Source of the DNA: Balanoglossus misakiensis
Lineage: Eukaryota; Animalia; Hemichordata
DNA: 64,000 nucleotides
NCBI GenBank assembly: GCA_040954595.2
Contig: CM082592.2
Location: 6,807,677 to 6,871,676 of the forward strand
Direction: 5' to 3'
Each line of letters opens with the position of its first letter. Within the stretch, counting starts at the first letter, position 1. The position numbers and the translations under genes were made by a program. This document shows positions 58,154 to 64,000 of this stretch, piece after piece. The notes under the pieces are model-generated. The model did not search any database. It saw only the letters and a list, made by a program, of their open reading frames with translations, and had not been told where the DNA came from.

Positions 58154-61100
58154 CTGCAAGAAAACAACAAAAGCAAGACATCAGTATTTCATGCCACATG
58201 TTTTAATTTGAGAATATGTGTATAAAACATACATCCATACCGGTACATACAGATGCAAATGATTCCATAAGGCCCCATGGTATATATACATGTACATACC
58301 AAAATGGGACCTAACATAACCTAATATATACAAGTACCTACCTACCTACCTACCTACCTACCTACTGTACCTACAAGGCATATGTAGAAAAATAGGAAAA
58401 AAACTTTACGCTCTAAAACATTCTAAAAATGACCGATTTCACAGAATTTGAATTTATTGACAGCTGCACGCATTTTTACAGTTTTAAAACTATTCACTGG
58501 TCATATGGCACTTGCGGAGACCTGCTGTGTGATAAAACAGGCTCATCTCTCATGTAAATCCGCACTGTACAGTTGCCCGGCATGGCTGACATCAGCGTAT
58601 GTGGATGAGTGCGGTGAAACAGATAGAGATAAATTCCATGTTAAATGCTTGTTACATGACCAATGATAGCCGAGTGCGGCTGGGCTGAGTCATCGCGCTG
58701 ATATTTACAAATGCCTGTCTCGGTGAAGCCTGCCAGAGCTCTAATACGAGACGAGCTCACCAGCCGTTCTGTACTGAGCCATCACGGACCGCGTGCTAGT
58801 CTCCCCACATACTGGCCATACCAAGCCCCTATCGTACAATCCTCAACAGCCACTCGAGATAGAAATACCGGAATGAAACATGTACAACTGTTTCTCACTT
58901 TGACCCCGGGAATAACTCATCTCCTGAAAGCAGCAACCCGTAGACTGAACTCTGGAAACATTTTTTTCTTCGCCTGACCCTCTTAACCTCCACATTTGTC
59001 ACACAAATTTCCCCTGACCTTGTTCAGTTTTACAGCGGGTTAGTCTATTCAGCTAAGGGGGTGGAGAGGGATCTGTCCATCTTTCTGAGATATTCTTCAA
59101 CAGAACCTTGTACATGTACATCTAATCAAATCTCTTTATACAAATTGCTAGTTTTTTTACCTTAATGATTATTTTTTAAACACAGGAAGGTTTTACTGAA
59201 AGGGAATAGCTTTGATCATTATGTTTATTCATTGACTTTTCTTCTATACTGTTCTGATAATATAATTTAGTTTCTATATACAGATGAACCATTTTTACTA
59301 ATCTATGTTTCCTGCACATCTGTTGCTGTATTTTATACTCTCTTTCAAACACGCAACAGTTTATGCAAGCTAGTTCCCCCCTCCCACCACTCTTGTTAAC
59401 TTTTACAGCTCAAGTACGTAACACCGCGACATTCTTGAGGACGAGTAGCTCCAGCCTGGAATATCGCTTTACACCAGTTTGGCCCGAGAGAGAGAGCAGC
59501 TACTCGTAAAGGTCCAATTTATAAGGGCGAGCAGAGGTTAATTTGAACAAGACTGGAGAGACCCGCGGTCTCCGCGTGGACTTCGCCACCGCTGCGACGG
59601 ACGGCCGCCCTTCAAACATCTGTGCGCAAATTGTAAACCCAATGAAGGCCAATTGAGTGTGCGTGTGTGTGCTGACACAGAGCTCAATCTAAAGAATGAA
59701 GTGGTACCACTGATAGCTCTTCTGTGAGGGCTGATTTGATATGCGTGCGGAAAGATGGGGCTGTCGGCCGGCCGCACGTTCGGAGAGATAATCCGAGGAT
59801 TTGATCACCGAAGGACATGCTTTAATTACAACCGGGGACTGTTCTGTACCTACAAACGACTGCGGTGGATGGGGCTTGTCAAGGAACTTTTGGAGGAGGT
59901 GATCTTGGTACCATCATAACACTTACCACTGAGCTATGCTTAGACCGTCTGCTACACAGACAAGATTCAAATCACCCCACCACGGTCGAACTCACTCAGT
60001 CACCAATGTCCATTTCAAAAATATACTTGTTTTGAGCCCTGATCCGTGAAGGCTGATTCCGCTCAGATGTAACTCGTAATCTCTTGGTGTTGACGAAACG
60101 AGCAATGCCATGTGCTGCACAAGTATAACCAGGGTTAGCACCGCCCCCATTTTTTATTAACACAGCTAGCAAAGATAATTTGAGGAAAGAAAAGTATATC
60201 ATACTTACTCCTATTTATTGACGGCGAGGCCCTGAATAAATCGGATCCACCATCTGACGCCTGAAATGAATCAGATCATAATGTTTAGTTATTATTTTTA
60301 TTTCATTAAGTACCTGTAACAACTGGAGTGGTTGAACTAATACTTTGTGCAGCTTTTGCGAAAATAAAATGATCTCAAAATGACAGAGATTAATCGGGCG
60401 AGGTGACATTCACATACAAATCGTGACAGGGGTCAACATACAGCAGTGAGCTGAATTCATCTTGATGATCCAGAGAAGTTTTCATATGATGGGGTGATAA
60501 TTTAAAGAACAGCTGAAGGGGGGGGGGGGGGGCAAATGCATTGCTAGGTGAAGCAACAGACATGGCCAACTATCTGCTCTGGAAATGTAGGGCGTTATTG
60601 CAACTTGTTAAAATATTCACTTGGAGGGGAGCATGTAGGCAGAGGCTGAAATGTGAGGCTTTGTTTTATTGATGATGTGCTCACAACATGGCTATACTAG
60701 TATATGATGGAGTTGCAGACACTGACATAGATAGAGTAATACATGGGAACACACACAGACACACACACACACACTGAGATGACACAGCAGAAATTCTGCT
60801 AGAAGCTCTACCCACAATGCAAAGCACCGTCTGGCTCACTGCAAAAGCCAGATTGGCGCTAGAATGACCCACTTTGGTCAAAAACATCATTTATATCATT
60901 AAATTTAAAAGCATATTTTCTCTGTACAAGTTTAGCAGTGTAAACAGCTCCGCCCAATCTTGCACATCATCGAGATATTCACTGGGAGTTTAAACGAAAA
61001 CAAACCATATTGACAAACGCTCTTCAACCACTATTAAGACCTGCCTAGTACTCAGTGCGAACAGAGTCAAATCTCCTTTGAGTTTGAGAAAGGTTTTCCA

Positions 61101-64000
61101 CTAGCTGGAGGAGAGACCATTACAAAATCCACAGAACAACACCGATCCTTGCGGATGCTTTTAATACACGCTAACCATCCCTGCCTTCAGCTGCGACATC
61201 TGGTATCAAAGAGCCATCTACAATTTCCCCGACAGTAGCGCGTCCCAACCAACAGTGTTGTTTACAACGGTAGCTGTCCCTACAATCTACAATCAGTCGT
61301 TCCTAATCTCGGCCCTATCTGGGTATCTGCCTACTGTGGCTACTTAATCCCGGCCTCCAATATGCCAATCAAGCTGGTTATTATCTGCGTTTTTTTATCA
61401 GATTCCCCCCACTTCATCTGAAATCCTCTGGCTCCGTTTGCACTCCAGGACCACAAAAGGGCGGCTACGAGGTGTGTGTTTTTCAAAATCGGGTCTCTTC
61501 AAGAGCCCTGTCATAAAAAGTTGGGTTAGGCTCTGAACACAAAGTATGTCGACTAAAATCCCTGTGAAACTTTAACTAGTGCTACTGGCATGACAAACAA
61601 AACACGAAATATTACAGTTTAAGTTTTTGTGATGAAAGAGGCTGACATCTAAATAACCACAGACTACAGTGCACAGGCCAGCCAGCCTGCATATTTGTGA
61701 GCCTCTGCACACAAAAGATACATCTAATTTTATAAAATCCATTTCTCATGAAAGCAAGGATGAATTACTCGACAGCTTGTCCTTTGGGGGGAAAATGACA
61801 TTGCGTGACAATCAGGTAAAAATTGGTTTTAACCCACTACAATGTACAAATATACACCCTATATAATGTCTGCGGGGCAAAACGTACCAATATATACAAA
61901 GGTACATGGAGCATGAAACCCCCTTTGTAATGAGTCTCGTCTGCCACGATTTGCATATCCATTACTTCTCCGCAATCACAAAATATGCCTTCGGAGCGCC
62001 ACTGGGCAGAACGTGGAGACAAAACCTCTACGTGCTGTCCGACAACTTTCCCGCTCTGCGATAAACGCAGGTATCGAAGGCAGAATACCACAGCCTGCAG
62101 GAAGTAGCATGCATGCGCACCAGAAAACAAAACTGTGCCGCCCTTATTTTCGTTTTCTGGCACTCGTCCATCTAGATCTACACAAGTGTTAATATTAAAA
62201 TGCAAAATATTTTTAGATCTTTGTGAATAAATACAGAAAAACAGGCCATTGCCCGACTCTTCAGCCTACAAAACTTTCTGCAAATGAACACAACAGAGAA
62301 AACAGAAATATTTAAACTTCTCAAACAATCATCATTTTTTGATCTCATATCGACCAAACTTCCATAAGACCCCTTTGTCTCCTGTTTGTTTATGTTTATC
62401 TCTTTTTTAGAATGCAGTATCTTCTTTTTAAATTATCAGTTTTTCACCACTGCAAAATTCTCCAGATAAGGATTACACAACTAATAGCATTGTTAACATC
62501 TGCTACGACTGAGTCATGCTGATACAACTGAAATCAAGCAACAGACAACTTCCATGGCCTAATTTCTCAAAAAAATCAGACCAGCAGAGAAGCAGCAATA
62601 TTCCTGATCAATGGGGTCAAAATGTGCTGAGACATCGTATATAAGTGACAAATTCAATATATCTTCTATTCTCATTGGGATATTTTTGGCTTTAGTGATT
62701 CATACAGAAGCCCTTTTAGTGTCAGACTCAGTAATGGAGCATTTAAAAAAAATACAGTTCTTATACAACGGCCTCATGTGACAAGAAGTAAATAAATTAT
62801 CAGCAATTTTAATCAGATTTTTCCAAACAATGCAAAGAACTGATCTGTCTAACTACTGATTACAGAATACCCCATGCAACAAACAGAATTACTGCTCAGT
62901 GCTGGATGTTAACATCCGATTAGAGCATCCTGGGACTGGATCCGTCGCAGGCTGAAAGGCCCCATTTGTAATCATAAATTGCGGTTGTCTGTGCCATTGT
63001 ACGGGCGGCCATATTTAATTTCGACTGGGTGTCACTCAACGCAGCAAATTTTAACTGGACAAAAAAAAACGCAAACGTGATCTGTCACCAGAGGCAAAAT
63101 CAATACGTGCATATAAAACCTTCCCCTCCGAAACCAAAACTAAAAAAAAAAAAAAAATTGAGGACATTGAAAAATATCCAGCTCAATCAAGTGAGAACGA
63201 TTCAGCCGCACCGCAAGTCAAGACAGGAAGCATTTCAGCGGTCTCGCGAACAGAAGTTGTCCGCCGAGTAATAACACATGAATGCAATTCCATCACTAAT
63301 AAATTGAACTTTTCACGTCGTCCTCTGGAGAGCTGGGCAAAGGCAGAAAGAATCATGATGCATGGGACTTATTTACAACCTGGAAACACGTTCCACTATC
63401 TATTACCCCGGCACTCGGCGCAAGACGCCCTGATGAACGTGCATGTATTATTTATAATGATGTAATTCTACAGAGATGGGACTTGTTATCTCAGCAGTGA
63501 AGACGATTGATAGTCGTAGTACTTTGATATTTCCACAATGAAGCAGGATGTCGGACGATTCAACCCAATGAAGTATACATCGAAGCGAGTTGACAGATGA
63601 CTCCCAAACTACTACAGCTAATTATCTGACAATTTGCCCAATACACTCGTCCGCTAATGTACAGGTGCCTCCAATACAATTTATCAACGACTCCGGTTCT
63701 CTAGGGCCCTGCTACAACTATCTGCGTAATAAGGACTATTAATGAAGTCTTCTATCTCAATTCCTATCTTAAATTTGGTAACTTCTATCTTGTACAATCA
63801 GGAATAAATCACCAAACGGCCATAGTCTCCACTGACTCACTTAGTCTTCTTTATCGGCGTCTATGAATAATGAAAAACCCTTGCCTGGCTGTAAGTCTTC
63901 CACAGACTACAATCAGATCTCCAACGTTGAGAATAAGAAAACGCAAAGGTAAAACTTTCAGAGGTAAAAGCTGGAATCTATCTAAGGCCGCTACAATTTT

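Noticed and set aside
58300-64000. Additional genes or upstream AUTS2-like exons
   Set aside because: Only short ORFs without recognisable motifs; could not place convincing exons, most likely intronic

Overview
Gene-dense, intron-rich animal (invertebrate, probably marine/lophotrochozoan - inference) genomic DNA; no prokaryotic features. Left to right: 3' end of an unidentified gene (+), MYBBP1A (-) head-to-head with SANBR/KIAA1841 (+), SNRPD3 (-) head-to-head with GUCD1 (+), a J-domain (DnaJ) protein fused to ZC2HC1/FAM164-type zinc modules (-), a spliced type-II (alternative) NADH dehydrogenase (-) head-to-head with an uncharacterised two-zinc-finger/coiled-coil gene (+), a 5.9-kb array of four head-to-tail copies of a TIR-bounded element filled with a 25-bp minisatellite (36926-42839, a single TA duplication around the whole block), and the 3' ~11 coding exons of an AUTS2/FBRSL1/tay-family gene (-). 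Several small MITE-like elements lie in introns and UTRs. Gene calls come from manual splicing and motif recognition; no database searches were run, and unlisted exon boundaries are approximate.
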